Below, one piece after another: positions 63,109 through 64,000 of a stretch of DNA of 64,000 nucleotides. Numbering within the stretch: the first letter of the stretch is position 1; each line of letters opens with the position of its first letter. The notes beneath the pieces were generated by a model that was given only the letters and a program-made list of their open reading frames with translations, was not told where the DNA came from and did not search any database. A program made the translations under genes and the position numbers. Source of the stretch: Paraphysomonas bandaiensis (taxonomy: Eukaryota; Protista; Chrysophyceae); contig CBFFRP010000298.1 in NCBI GenBank assembly GCA_965644295.1, forward strand, positions 124,001-188,000, read 5' to 3'.

Positions 63109-64000
63109 CTAGGTTTGTAAGTCTGTTCTAAATGAACTGTGACTACAGTCTACATCCACAGATGAGGACGACAACCTATACAACTCCTGCACTACACCTT
63201 CCTGTCTCAAGTACTCGGCATCATTAATATCACACCACTCCTGATCGTCTTTGAAAGGGTACTGAGCGCCCTCGTGTCCAATGAACCGATTCTTATACTT
63301 TTCGAATAGATGATGAGCATCGTAGAAGAGAAGAATCTCGTTTAATTCATTTAGACGAGTGCAATCCCACGGAATATTCTTTGTTAGTATATCGCTACTG
63401 ATCAAGACATCCTCTCTGTCACGCCCAACATATCCCGTGCAACCAGCTATACCCAAGACGTAATTCGCTATGTTCCTCAAACTGATTCTCATATTCATGT
63501 CATGCTCCGCAGCAGCGTACTCCTTCTGTTGATTTAATTTAGACTTTTTATCCAAAAACTGGGGTTGTTGAGCCAAACAACGTATCCCCATAATCTCGCA
63601 TGCGAATGGAGTAATTTCTTCCTGGTCACGACCTCGAATACCGTCATAGTCCATTAAAACTATCGAGTTGTTGCCAAATACCCTCCCATATCTCTGTGCT
63701 AGCTCCTCAATAAACAGTGACACAGACCAGAATTTTTGGTTGTGCACTATCCATGAGCTATAACTGCTCGGCCTTTTGGCATTCTTATTCATTTGAGTGT
63801 AGTATGATTTGAGCCGACTGATAGGGTTTCTGTATGTAATAACAATCTTAACAGCGTCATACCCTTCGCAAATCTCTTTCAGCTCCACAATTTCATCGTG
63901 ATTGAGCACAACTAAATCTTCACTAGAAAATACAACTGATTTTCCTTGGTCGAATGCATTTTTAATGTCACTTCTTGTCCGCTGCAAGTAATAAGCATAT
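63109..64000 (-). CDS. 3' part of a protein with possible sulfotransferase-like P-loop fold (5' end outside window)
   Basis: 292-aa open frame with VVFSSEDL and KIVITYRNPISRLKSYYTQ motifs. Confidence 0.5.
   Translation of the reverse strand, partial: YAYYLQRTRSDIKNAFDQGKSVVFSSEDLVVLNHDEIVELKEICEGYDAVKIVITYRNPISRLKSYYTQMNKNAKRPSSYSSWIVHNQKFWSVSLFIEELAQRYGRVFGNNSIVLMDYDGIRGRDQEEITPFACEIMGIRCLAQQPQFLDKKSKLNQQKEYAAAEHDMNMRISLRNIANYVLGIAGCTGYVGRDREDVLISSDILTKNIPWDCTRLNELNEILLFYDAHHLFEKYKNRFIGHEGAQYPFKDDQEWCDINDAEYLRQEGVVQELYRLSSSSVDVDCSHSSFRTDLQT

Overview
Eukaryotic genomic DNA with short GT-AG introns and TTAGGG-type repeats; the gene and TE repertoire suggests a flagellated protist, plausibly a stramenopile (inference). 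A compact island of housekeeping genes at 18.9-33.8 kb (HADHB-like thiolase, NIMA/NEK kinase, MCM6, EFG1, TPR-villin headpiece protein) sits between two TE-rich zones. The left zone holds the 3' end of a CEP135-like coiled-coil gene, Copia remnants, foldback MITEs, interstitial TTAGGG tracts and intronless accessory genes (P-loop NTPase-nuclease, F-box plus 29-aa ankyrin-like repeats). The right zone holds a nested 17-kb complex at 37526-54809. It is a chromodomain-bearing Ty3/Gypsy element in permuted order around one LTR with a 1844-bp terminal redundancy. Its gag and pol are in frame across a UGA-CUAG stop, and its RT carries IFDN instead of YxDD, as does a second related family. A 2-kb pol fragment of that second family is inserted between 265-bp direct repeats. 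An apparently intact 5.95-kb two-gene DNA transposon is inserted in the LTR region, with ~213-bp TIRs, a Tudor-tailed DDD transposase, a divergent zinc-ribbon gene and a central array of 53-bp hairpin repeats. All homology calls come from motif recognition by eye, not database searches.
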